A DNA stretch of 60,468 nucleotides, counting the filler, from Chiloscyllium plagiosum (Eukaryota): NCBI RefSeq assembly GCF_004010195.1. It is 5 parts of 5 records of this genome, joined end to end, with 100 filler letters (N's around TTAATTAATTAA, not from the genome) between each part and the next. Parts side by side here need not be neighbours in the genome. Positions count along the whole stretch, not along the records: positions 31,834 to 53,249 come from NC_057734.1; positions 53,350 to 58,286 come from NW_025196750.1; positions 58,387 to 60,468 come from NW_025208620.1; 2 more parts are not named here. One strand, written 5' to 3'. The translations under genes and the position numbers were made by a program. Position 1 is the first letter of the stretch. The number at the start of each line of letters is the position of its first letter. Positions 50,433 to 60,468 of this stretch are shown here, in pieces. The notes under the pieces are model-generated. The model was not told the DNA's origin. It saw nothing but the letters and a program-made list of their open reading frames with translations, and did no database searches.

Positions 50433-50955
50433 ACTAGTTACACTTTCTGCTGTGAAATTCTGTAGTGGTCAGGCCACCTCAGTGAGCATTGTTCAGCGAG
50501 TGGATTCCAAGGCATCCCATTGTCCTGATCGTTATGTCCTTCAATCCACCAATGGCTCCAGCAATGTCACTCACTGGTTCAATTACCAGTGAGACACAAG
50601 GGGGGCTGAAACATTCCCTGAACAGGCCCTCACACAGCGGGGAGGCTGCTGCGGGGTTTATCTCATAAACCCTTGGACTCTGCCCCAGTTTTCCACCGTG
50701 GCTTTTTGATTCAAACAGGGCAACAGCAAACTGATTCCACTATCAGTGCATAAACCTGAGATGGGGCAAGTGTGATTCTTGATTCCAGTGTGAGAAAATG
50801 GGGGCTGTGTGTTAAACGTCCAGTTGGAATAGTTCGAGGACATAATAATAAAGAAATGAAATGGATGTCACAATGAAGGCAATGTTAGTGGGAATATTTC
50901 AGTTATCTGTTCCAAAACTGACAGAATATACGCAATCTTCTGTGAGACCTCAAAG

Positions 50956-51225
50956 TTAGATTAGATTAGATTCGCTACAGTGTGGAAACAGGCCCTACGG
51001 CCCAACAAGTCCACACTGACTCATTTGTCTCTGATTAATGCACCCAACACCATGCAAAACGAAGCTTGGTCAATTCACCTGACCTGCACTTCTTTGGACT
51101 GTGGGAGGAAACCAGAACACCCAGTGTAACCCACGCAGGTTGTGCAAAGTCCACACAGACAGCTGCCTGAGGCAGAAATTGAACTTCAGTCCCTGACATG
51201 GTAAGGCAACAGTGCTAACCATTGC
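50956..51225 (-). mobile_element. HE1-type SINE
   Basis: ttagattagattagatt tail, V-domain core, degenerate head. Confidence 0.8.
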
Positions 51226-52666
51226 AAAAAGTGCACTGCATTGCATCTCAGAAAGCATCTCATTTACACTCTCTATTTCGTCAAATGTCCCTGAAATAGT
51301 GAAATGTTCTCTGCCTCAGTGATTCCCTGTAACAGGGTTTTTAAAAGACCTGTCGGAATGGGAGTGTTGATTCTCAAAGAGAAAACGAATGGAACAATGT
51401 TGAGGAGACAGTGGGAAACCGTAGGACACAGAGAATGACACGAAAAGCACATCAATGTTGTTGCTGCCTCCTTTTTTTCAAAAACTGGCAGTACTTGGTT
51501 ATTGCTGACAATTTTCTCTTTCGTATTCGTTCCACTTGCCTTTTTTGCTTTGCTTCTTCTGAATTGAGTCGGTGGGTACTTCCATCAAAACCCAAATTCC
51601 TCACACTAATCTTGGCCCCTGAATAGGTTAGACAGAGAAGACTGGATTGCAAGAAACATCACAGGTATTTCAAAATTTGCTTCATTGATGTCAAACCACT
51701 GAACCAATGAAACCTGAAAAGGATAACGTCACTAATGTCATATTTGCTGGTTGTGAATGTAAAGTCTGCCACAGGCTGAAAGAAGGAAGTTCTTGACTGA
51801 GAAATGGGTGAGCTAAACCCAGATCCAGAGCAATAGCAAAACAGAACCGAGTGATATAATTCAGAAACAGTATAAACACAAGGCAACGTATATGCGGCAA
51901 CCAGCACAGAGTGCAACTGGCACAGTGTGGAATGCTGGGAAATTTGGTCAGTGTTTGATGATGAGGAACTGTGGGAGGGTGATCTCCATTTGCTTTTCCA
52001 AACTGATTTGGAGCTGTCAATTCAGCTGCTGGAAGCCCACTTGTGCACGTGGTTTGTAAAATTTGCAAAATGATTAAAAAAAAGGGAGTCTGGAAAGCAG
52101 ATCATCTAGGAGTTGTTCAGTATGAGGGACTGTAAATAGACTGCTTCAGGACACATCCATTAGTGAAAGTCAATAAATGCAAAGGATGAAGACTTCAAAC
52201 CAGATATTGAAGACAATTACTGATATAACGAAGAAATGGATATGATTCATTTGTGTTTGGGATCTGTACCCCCTTTTAAAATTGAAATGATTCAGGATTA
52301 ATACATCTGTAATGAATGTATAAAAACTACAGCAACTGTCACTCAGGAGGTTTGGTTTACAGGCTGAGTTGAGAAAAATTGTGACACATCAGCGAGGGGT
52401 GGGGATACCTGAAAGAAGAAAGTTATCAGCCTCAGGGTTGGGCAGTCTAATTTCATGTAAAGAAGAAGCAGGAGTCTATGACTATGAGGGAGGAAGATAA
52501 GCGTTTGGAGAGTTCTGTAGAACAGGAAAACCTCTCACTCTTCTTAATTGCAGTGAGACCAAAGCCACCTTTTCAATTTTTCCTCATCACACAAAACAAA
52601 TATTGCGGGGATCATTCGAATACAACTCCTCTGAAACATCACCAAAGGATTTGTATTCTTTGTTCA

Positions 52667-52985
52667 GGGGCGGCACAGTGGCACAATGGTTAACACCAAA
52701 GCCTCACAGCGCCAGGAACCTGGGTTCAATTCCCACCTCGGGCAACTGTGTGGAGTTTGCATATTGTCCCCGCGTCTCCTTGGGTTTTCTCCAGGTGCTC
52801 CGGTTTCATCCCAAAGTCCAAAGATGTGCAGGTTAGATGAATTGGTCATGCTAAATTGCCCATAGTGGTAGGTTCATCTGTCCGGGGGAAATGTAGGGAA
52901 ATGAGTCTGGGTGGGTTCCTCTTCGGAGGGTCGGTGTGGACTTGTTGGTCGAAGGGCCTGTTTACATACTGTAGGTAATCTAATA
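52667..52985 (+). mobile_element. HE1-type SINE
   Basis: ggggcggcacagtggcacaatggttaac head, GGTTCAATTCC B box, V-domain. Confidence 0.85.
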
Positions 52986-53574
52986 AGGCAATCAAGATTG
53001 CAGCCCGTATTCGAGATGTGGTTTTACTAATGTCCAGGAATAACTGAAACATCGCATTCTTCATTTCAGATCCCTAATCATGCCTATTTTACTTTTACAT
53101 CTCTTTTATATGTCCATCAGTAATTCTCCTAGAGAATGAGGCGCAAAGCTGCATTATTGGACTGCTGCAGACCACATCCTGTAAGTGGAACCACAATGCA
53201 CTGAGGAAGTGACTTCCTGAATTATGACATGATGACAGTGTAGGAACGGNNNNNNNNNNNNNNNNNNNNNNNNNNNNNNNNNNNNNNNNNNNNTTAATTA
53301 ATTAANNNNNNNNNNNNNNNNNNNNNNNNNNNNNNNNNNNNNNNNNNNNAATCTGTCCATCCCCTTCTTGGTGTGAGACACAGAAGGGACCACTCCATTT
53401 CAAACAGTTGGGATTTATGGAGTATGGATGGGGGAAGCTGGGAGAGGACATCGGAATCATGGAGTGGGACAAACAGGAATGAAGGTTTCTGTGGTCAAGG
53501 GGCTGATGTAATGCAGAGGCGGACAATGTTGTGGGAATGGAAATCAGAGGCCTATTTGGGGTTTAATGCTGAGA

Positions 53575-54012
53575 TACCGGAAAGTCTAATGGGAAGAAGG
53601 CCCATGTTTATTGATCTCAGTTGGAGCTTCCCGCGGGAATGAGACACATATCTCGTGGTCTCTATTGGAAGGTACATGGGGAAGGAGGCCCATGGTTCCT
53701 GTTATCTGTTGGAACATCCAGTAGGAAGGAGGCTCATGTTTACTGGTCTCTACTGGACAGTCCAGTGGAAAGGAGGCCCATGTTTACTGGTCTCCATTGG
53801 ATGATCCAATGGTATGGATTTCCATGTTTACTGGTCTCCATTGGACTGTCCATTGGGAAGGAAGTCCCAGTTTGCTGGCTTCTATTGGAGGGTCCAGTGG
53901 GAAGGATGCCCATGTTTAATAGTGTCTATTGCAGGGTGGTCCATATTTATTAGCCGACTGTCCAGTGGAAGGAGTTCCATGTTTACTGGTCCCTTTTGGA
54001 GAGTACAGTGGG
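53575..54012 (+). repeat. Uninterrupted ~44-45-bp minisatellite (about 10 degenerate units)
   Basis: Repeated gaaggaggcccatgtttactggtctccattgga...tccagtgg. Confidence 0.85.
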
Positions 54013-55749
54013 TCATGGACACCATGGTGGGTATGGGACTGAGTTCCATTCTGTTGTAACTATGTGATTATCCAGCTCTCATCCCAGTGAAACACCGTGA
54101 CCTGGAGACTGATCATGGAAGGGGAAGGAGAGGAGAAAGGATTGGAACATGTTGTGCATGGACAGGATAGGTCAGTGGGTCAGAGCCTGTCCTGCCCCTC
54201 CAGCTCACACTGATGGCCTGGGGATCTCCTCTCTCTGCTGGGCCTTCATGGAATGAGGTTTGTGTCCAAACCAGTCCCCAGTGAGAATAGGCCAATAATA
54301 CAGAACTGTCCTTCATTTGACAAGAATCTGTCCATCTTCCTGAGAGAGGCTAAAGCCTACTCAGTGTGGGAAATGGGGCCTTACTCCAGGAGAAGACATG
54401 CCTTTGGGGTCAATGGTTAACATCCACTCATGAGGGAAAGCAGAGGGGGATTCACCATGCATTTAAATATTGCCACCTGGCAGACTGTGGAAAAGAGAGA
54501 GAAGAGAGTCAGTGAGAGAGATAGAGGGAGAGAGTGTGTGTGAGAGGGTGAGAAATAGAGAATGAGGAGTGTCTGAGACAGTGTGAGATGTGTGAAGCGA
54601 GTGAGTGAGAGGTAGAGGGAGGTAGAGATGGTGAGGTTGAGGGATAGAGAGAGAGAGAAATAAGGTGTTACTGAGAGGGATGGAGAAAGAGAAAGAGAGA
54701 AACAGACAGANNNNNNNNNNNNNNNNNNNNNNNNNNNNNNNNNNGCTGCCTGGCCTGGAGGGTCTGAGCGATGAGGAAAGATTAGAAAGACTGGGGTCGT
54801 TTTCCTTGGAGCAGTGAAGGTTGAGAGGGGACCTGACAGAGGGCTGTAAGATTACGAATGCAGAGATAGGGTGGGTAGGAAGGCACCTTTTCCATGAGTA
54901 GAGGGAACAATACCAAGCGGCAGAGATTGAAGATAACACCAACATAGAGACATAGAAACTCAGAGTAGGAATAGGCCATTCGGCCCTTTGAGTATCTCTG
55001 TCATTCAATATGACCATGGATGTTCCTCTGTCTTAATGCCATATTCCTACCATCTTCCCATACCCCTTGATGTTGTTAAAATGCAAAACAATTACCTCTG
55101 TTTTTTTCTTGAACATATTCAGTCCTTTGTCCTCAACAACTTGAACAGAATTCAACAGGTTGACCAGCCTATGAGTGAAGAAATGTTTACTCATCTCAGT
55201 CTGAAAGGTCTACCCTGTATCCCCCTGAGACTGTGTCCCCTGGTTCCAGACTCCCCAACCATGGGAAACCTCCTTCCAGCATCAAGTCTGTCCAGCCCTG
55301 TTAGAATGTGAAACATTTCAGTCAGATCTCCTCTCATCCTTCTCAACTCAAGTGAGTTCAGGTTCAGTTGAGGTAGACCCTGAGAAGAGAATTAAGAAAT
55401 GTTTTCACCCAGAGGGTGGTGGGAGTCTGGAACTCACTGTCTGAAAGGCTGGTTGAGTCACAAACTCTCATGACATTGGAGCAGTGTTTAGATATTTTTG
55501 TCGACCAATACAGACACAATGGGCCAAATGGCCTCATTCAGTGTTGTTCACATCAATGATTCCCTGTGACAGAGAGAGAGAGAGAGAGAGAAGAGGAAGT
55601 GTGAGGGGCTGACGTGGCTCTCTCTGTCTGATGCCATTTACATACTAAGGAAGAGCCAGTCAGACTCTCACAGGCTGCAGCTTTATAAAGCAGAGCCCAG
55701 TGAAGGGAGAGTTGATCAGGAACCAGGCCCAGGGACAGGAGCACACACC

Positions 55750-55798
55750 ATGATTTCACACATCCAGCTGATCTGGCCCCTGGCATTCTGTGTCGCAG
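55750..55798 (+). pseudogene. IGKV: Ig kappa leader exon (identical to 30238-30286)
   Basis: MISHIQLIWPLAFCVA-G; GT donor at 55799; promoter motifs at 55593-55689. Confidence 0.9.
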
Positions 55799-55983
55799 GT
55801 AAAATCTCTCTCCTTCCACCTTGAATCTTTAGCTGCTCTCCATTTCACTCCAATTCCACTGACTTGTGATTGAAGGGAAAATGCTGAAACCAGAGGAATG
55901 CTCAGTGTCTCCAACAATCTCTCATTTGACCGGCTCTTTCTGTGACAGTTCTGACTTCACTGTGTTTCTCTCTGACCCCTCAG

Positions 55984-56311
55984 GTATCAGTGGGGACATC
56001 ATCATGACCCAGTCACCCCCGGTGCTGTCAGTGGGACTGGACCAGACCGCAACCATCACCTGTACGGCCAGTCAATCTGTTAGCAAGTGGGTTAATTGGT
56101 TCCAGCAGCGAGAAGGTCAGAAACCCTCTCTCCTGATCTATGAAGCAACAACTCGAAACACAGGAGTCTCCGAGTGATTCACCGGCAGAGGATATGGGAC
56201 GAGTTTCACACTGACAATCAGCAACGTTCAGAATGAGGATGTCGCTGACTACTACTGGATGCAGTATAACAGCTACTCTTATGTTCGGTAAAGGAACCAA
56301 GCTCAGACTGA
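55984..56311 (+). pseudogene. IGKV: Pre-joined kappa VJ pseudogene (nonsense codon, Cys to Trp, out-of-frame junction)
   Basis: V sequence with TGA at 56175 (CGA in the paralogue), YYW instead of YYC, fused directly to cttatgttcggtaaaggaaccaagctcagactga|gtaagt with J out of frame; no RSS. Confidence 0.93.
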
Positions 56312-56639
56312 GTAAGTAAACCTCAATCCTCCGTTATTAACCCTTTCAATTTCTAAACACAATTTCTAAAACACAAATACTGAATTGTTGAAGGTGTTAG
56401 TGGGGAGCTGCAGTGAATGAAATGGTTGATTGAGGCGCACTGTGTCTAACAGGGTATCCAGCTGTATTTTTTTAATTCCATTGCCCCTTTAAGCAGCAAG
56501 ATATAAGTCAGTCAGTTTTACTCACCGTGTGGAGGAGCTCTGTCCATTTGAAGCCTGTGGTCCCATCACAGTGAGACACCGAGCTCCCACCTCCCCCAGC
56601 TTTAACTCTGCTCAATCACACAATCACAGAGTTGTTACA

Positions 56640-58230
56640 GTGCACAAGGAGGCCATTCTACCCATCCTGTCTGTACTGGCTCTCTGAATGAGCAATTCGC
56701 TGAGTGTCATTCTCCTGCCTTCTCCCTGTCACCCTGCACATTGTTCCTTTTCAAATAACAGTCTCATTCTCTTCGGAATGTTTCAATTGAAGCTGCCTCC
56801 ACCACACTCTCAGGCAGTGCATTCCACACCTTAACCACTCACTGGCTGAACATGTTGTTCCCCATCTCACTTTTGTTACTTTTCCTAATTACTTTCAATC
56901 TGTGGTCTCTCGGTCTCAATCCTTTCTCAATTGGGAACATTTTCTCCCTATTTACTCTGTCCAGGCCCCTCCTGGTTTTGAATTCCTCAAACAGATCTCC
57001 TCTCAGCCTTCTCCAAAGAAGACAGTCCCAAATTCTCCAATTAATCTTCATAACTGATGTTTCTTATCCCTGAATGATCTTTGGGAACATTTTTTGCCAT
57101 CGCTACAAAACATTCACCTCCTTCTTGAATTCTTCACATCATCTATGTCTCTCATGATTTTCTAAACCTCTGTAAGGTCACTCCTCAGAACCTTCTGCTT
57201 CAGGGTAAAAAATCTCAGCTTTTCCAGCCTCTCATAGTCCTGGAGTCATACAGCATGGGAACAGACCTTTCAGTTCAATTTGTCCATACTAACCAGATAT
57301 CCTAAACTGACCTCATCCCATTTGCCAAGCGTTTGGCTTACATCCCTCGAAACCCTTCCTATCCATGTACCCATCCCAATGTGTTTTAAATGCTGTAATT
57401 GTATCTGCCTCCAACACTTTCTCTGGCAGCTCGATCCATACACATGCCACCCTCTGTGTGACAAGTTACCCCTCAGGTCCCTTTTGAATCTTTTGCTTCT
57501 CACTTTAAACCCATACCGTCTTGTTTTGGACTCCCTTACCGAAGGAAAATACCTTGGATTTACACCCTGTCCATGCCCCTCATTATTTTATAAACATCTT
57601 TAAGGCCACCCCTCAGCCTCCAATGCTCCAGAGAAAATAGCCCCAGTCTATTAAGTCTCTCCCGACAGCTCAAACCCTCCAGTTCCTGGTCATGTCCTGG
57701 TAAATCTTTTCCACAGCTTTTTAAATTTAACAACATCCTTCCTATCGCAGGATGAGGAATTGTTCACATTGTTCCCAAAGTGGCCTCACCAGTCTCCTGT
57801 CCAGCTGCAACATGATGTCCCAACTCTGATACTTAGTGCAATGACCAATAAAGGAAAGTGTACCCAACACCTTCTTCATCGCCCTGTCTCCCTGAGATTC
57901 CACTTTCAGGGAATAATGCACCTACACCTGCACCTCGAGGTCTTTTTGTTCAGCAACACTCCACAGGGCTCTACCATTAACTGTATAACTCCTGCCCTGG
58001 TTTGTCTTTCCAAAATGCAACATCTAACATTTATCTCATCTGAACTCCATTTGCCACACCTCTGCCCATTGCCCCATGTGATCAAGGTCCCGCTGTACCC
58101 TGAGATCATCTTCTTCACTATCCATTGTCCCACCAGTTTTGGTGTCATTTACAAACTTAACATTACTCCTATGTTCACACCCAAATCATTTACTTAAATG
58201 ACAAAAAGCAACGGACAAAGCACCAATTCT
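56640..58230 (-). mobile_element. Two CR1/HER1 3' fragments
   Basis: RRLRGDLFEEFK..GLDRVNREKMFP (56839-57051); second copy from 57233 with tail. Confidence 0.85.
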
Positions 58231-58639
58231 TGTTGAAAAGTGCTGGAGAAGTGCAGCAGACCAGGCAGCATCTGAGGAGCAGGAGANNNNNNNNNNNNNN
58301 NNNNNNNNNNNNNNNNNNNNNNNNNNNNNNTTAATTAATTAANNNNNNNNNNNNNNNNNNNNNNNNNNNNNNNNNNNNNNNNNNNNATTATTTCTGTGCT
58401 TAATATAGTATTGGATATGTTGCCTTAATTTAGATAGATGAATGCATCCTGCCACACTACTCAAATTTATGTTGAGCCTGCATAAAATTCTGAATTACTA
58501 GCGGATTTGAAGATTCCATAGTGGTATTGAATTAAATACAGAGTACTCTTTATATTTTACAAGTGACACAATATCTGCAATAACAGTTCAACTACTGCTG
58601 ATGGAACATATACATGCATTGTGTTTGTTGTAATTTTAC

Positions 58640-58945
58640 CTAAGGTGTCAACAATGTAGCTGCAATTTGCTGGACCAGTGATAGAAACATGATAGACTTG
58701 ACAGGTGTAAACCGTGCCTTGCTCAATTGGCCGTGCCTCTTCTAAGGAACTGATCACTTCATACAGTCTGTCTGTTGTTTCCTGTTGTACAATTGAAATT
58801 CCTGTCAGAATTCTGGTGCCATTTTTATGCCAGGTAAGGTTGAATTCCTTCGGATGAAACTCAGCTGTTTGACACTGGAGTCTCATAAAGGTAGATGAAG
58901 CCTTGTGGAATGATGTGGAGACAATCTTCAGGGGTACAGGAGCAA
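58640..58945 (-). CDS. C1-set Ig-superfamily domain exon (probably a non-rearranging receptor or ligand, SIRP/B7-H6/tapasin-like)
   Basis: APVPLKIVSTSFHKASSTFMRLQCQTAEFHPKEFNLTWHKNG...LYEVISSL...YTCQVYHVS: C..F.P..W..Y.C.V.H C1 signature; polypyrimidine tract and AG acceptor; phase-1 GTAAAA donor; 306 bp open. Confidence 0.8.
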
Positions 58946-60144
58946 CTAAATTGAAAGAAAAAAAAAATTAGAAAAAAAACTGAATATCTTGTAACTGTTT
59001 TACCTTCGTGTACAGTGTTTAGTAACCACATCAAGGCATCTTCGTTGGATCTTAGTTAAATAATTATTTTGTGAATGGGCTCCAATGATAATTAATCCTT
59101 TACTCTCCAGCACCGAACTGAAAATGATTGATCTTCACATCATGGAAATATTTTACTGTGTGTGCCAAATCAAAACCTAAGTAAACCAGAATAAGTTCGG
59201 TGGATGGTGGTGGTTGGGGAAAAGGGGGGTCTTTATTCTACTGCTTAGTATTCCACGTGGTTTTTGAAGGTCAATCTACTCAGCTCTGGGACATCATTTC
59301 AGCAGTTTGTCAGGTCTCTACCCATTCTTCAGTTGCTTCATCAATAATTTACCTCCAATATAACGTCCCAATGGGAATGTTTGCTAATGATTGCATAATG
59401 TTCAGTTCAAATCACAACTTCTCAGATAAAGAATATCTGTGCATGCAACCAGTATCCAGATTGTCCTTTGGCATTGGTTGGCATTACAATCACAGAATGT
59501 CCTTCTGTTTACATCCTGAGGGAGACCTGGACTTAACCTATAAACACTAACTGCAAATGGGCTCACAGGCTGGCAGTAATGAAATAACACAGCCCTGAGT
59601 ATTTGTACTGAATTATATATATTTACCTGTTTTTTTCCCTTTTTTCTTAGGTGCTAAAGCACAAATCCCCACATATTAAATATTTTATCTTGGAACATAT
59701 AAGTTAGATATTTAAAAATTAATTAATGATAAATGGGTCTTCCATATGCTGTTTCATAAGTGGAAATGTAGACCTTTGTAGTCAATCCTTTTCCCACAAC
59801 CACACATTGAATGCTCTCTGTTTTCCAGCATGCCCAGTTGATCACTTGTAGATAAACCAACACTAAGAAAAGCTCCCTTAGTTTGTGATGAGCAACATCT
59901 TTCTTACATTGCTGTATGTCATTGAAGGTTCATTGTTCTAGGTTGTTCAATAATGAGTGTCTATAGAACATATGGTGAACTTTTCGTCTGACAGAGTCAT
60001 AGAATTTATCATAATGCAGAAGGAGGCCTTTCAGCCCATCACATTTGCACAGGCTGTATGATCTAGTGCCAATTTTGTGCCCTTTCCCCATATCCTTGTA
60101 GATTCTAATTATGCAAAAGAAATATTCAAACAATATTTTTCCCA

Positions 60145-60468
60145 CTCATGGGATGTGGACGTCACTGGCTGGCAATGACTTTTTTGCCCATCCCTCGTTA
60201 CTTTTGAACTTGCTCGGCCATTTCAGAGAGCAGTTAAGAGTCAACAACATTGCTGTGGGTCTGGAGTCACATGTAGGCCAGACCAGATGAGGATGGCAGA
60301 TTTCCTTCATTAATGAACCAGGTGGTCTTTTCCAACAATTGGTTTCACTGTCAGCAGTAGTGTCTTAATTCCAAAGTTGTTTTAAGTCGAATTCAAATTC
60401 CACCATCTGCCATAGTGAGACTTGAACCCAGTCCTCAGAATGTTAGCTGAACTTCTAGATTAATAATC
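60145..60468 (-). mobile_element. tRNA-headed SINE remnant (non-HE1)
   Basis: B-box-like GGGTTCAAGTC on the minus strand near 60420-60430; body resembles a common shark interspersed repeat. Confidence 0.5.

Noticed and set aside
51411-52068. Short basic or hydrophobic ORFs downstream of C-kappa (e.g. KRQVERIRKRKL)
   Set aside because: No recognisable domain or consistent exon structure
8071-52985. tRNA-like sequences with A and B boxes
   Set aside because: They are SINE heads followed by a V-domain and LINE-like tails, not tRNA genes
53575-54012. Regularly spaced repeats resembling a CRISPR array
   Set aside because: Eukaryotic context; degenerate head-to-tail units with no unique spacers, i.e. 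a minisatellite

Overview
Eukaryotic genomic DNA from a cartilaginous fish (shark), inferred from HE1-type SINEs, CR1/HER1 LINEs and nurse-shark-like immunoglobulin sequences. The window is not one contiguous locus. Four artificial 100-bp spacers (44 N + TTAATTAATTAA + 44 N) divide it into five pieces. (A, 1-25655) An IgM heavy-chain cluster with a pre-joined, frameshifted VDJ exon, a 13.5-kb J-C intron carrying a ~4-kb tandem duplication and a candidate enhancer motif cluster, and an intact Cmu1 exon. (B, 25756-31733) An unrearranged kappa (NS4-type) leader-V-12RSS...23RSS-J cluster. (C, 31834-53249) A duplicated and inverted kappa locus with a divergent, in-frame pre-joined VJ carrying an apparent P-nucleotide palindrome, plus an intact C-kappa exon. 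(D, 53350-58286) An out-of-frame pre-joined kappa VJ pseudogene closely related to the split gene in B. (E, 58387-60468) One C1-set Ig-superfamily exon on the minus strand. The central biology is RAG-type V(D)J joining fixed in genomic DNA (germline joining, known in sharks), seen here in three different junctions, with an unrearranged relative available for comparing the two kappa junctions. I found no wholly new gene system. The best leads are a reconstructable invariant kappa chain, a putative IgH intronic enhancer and several rearrangement footprints.
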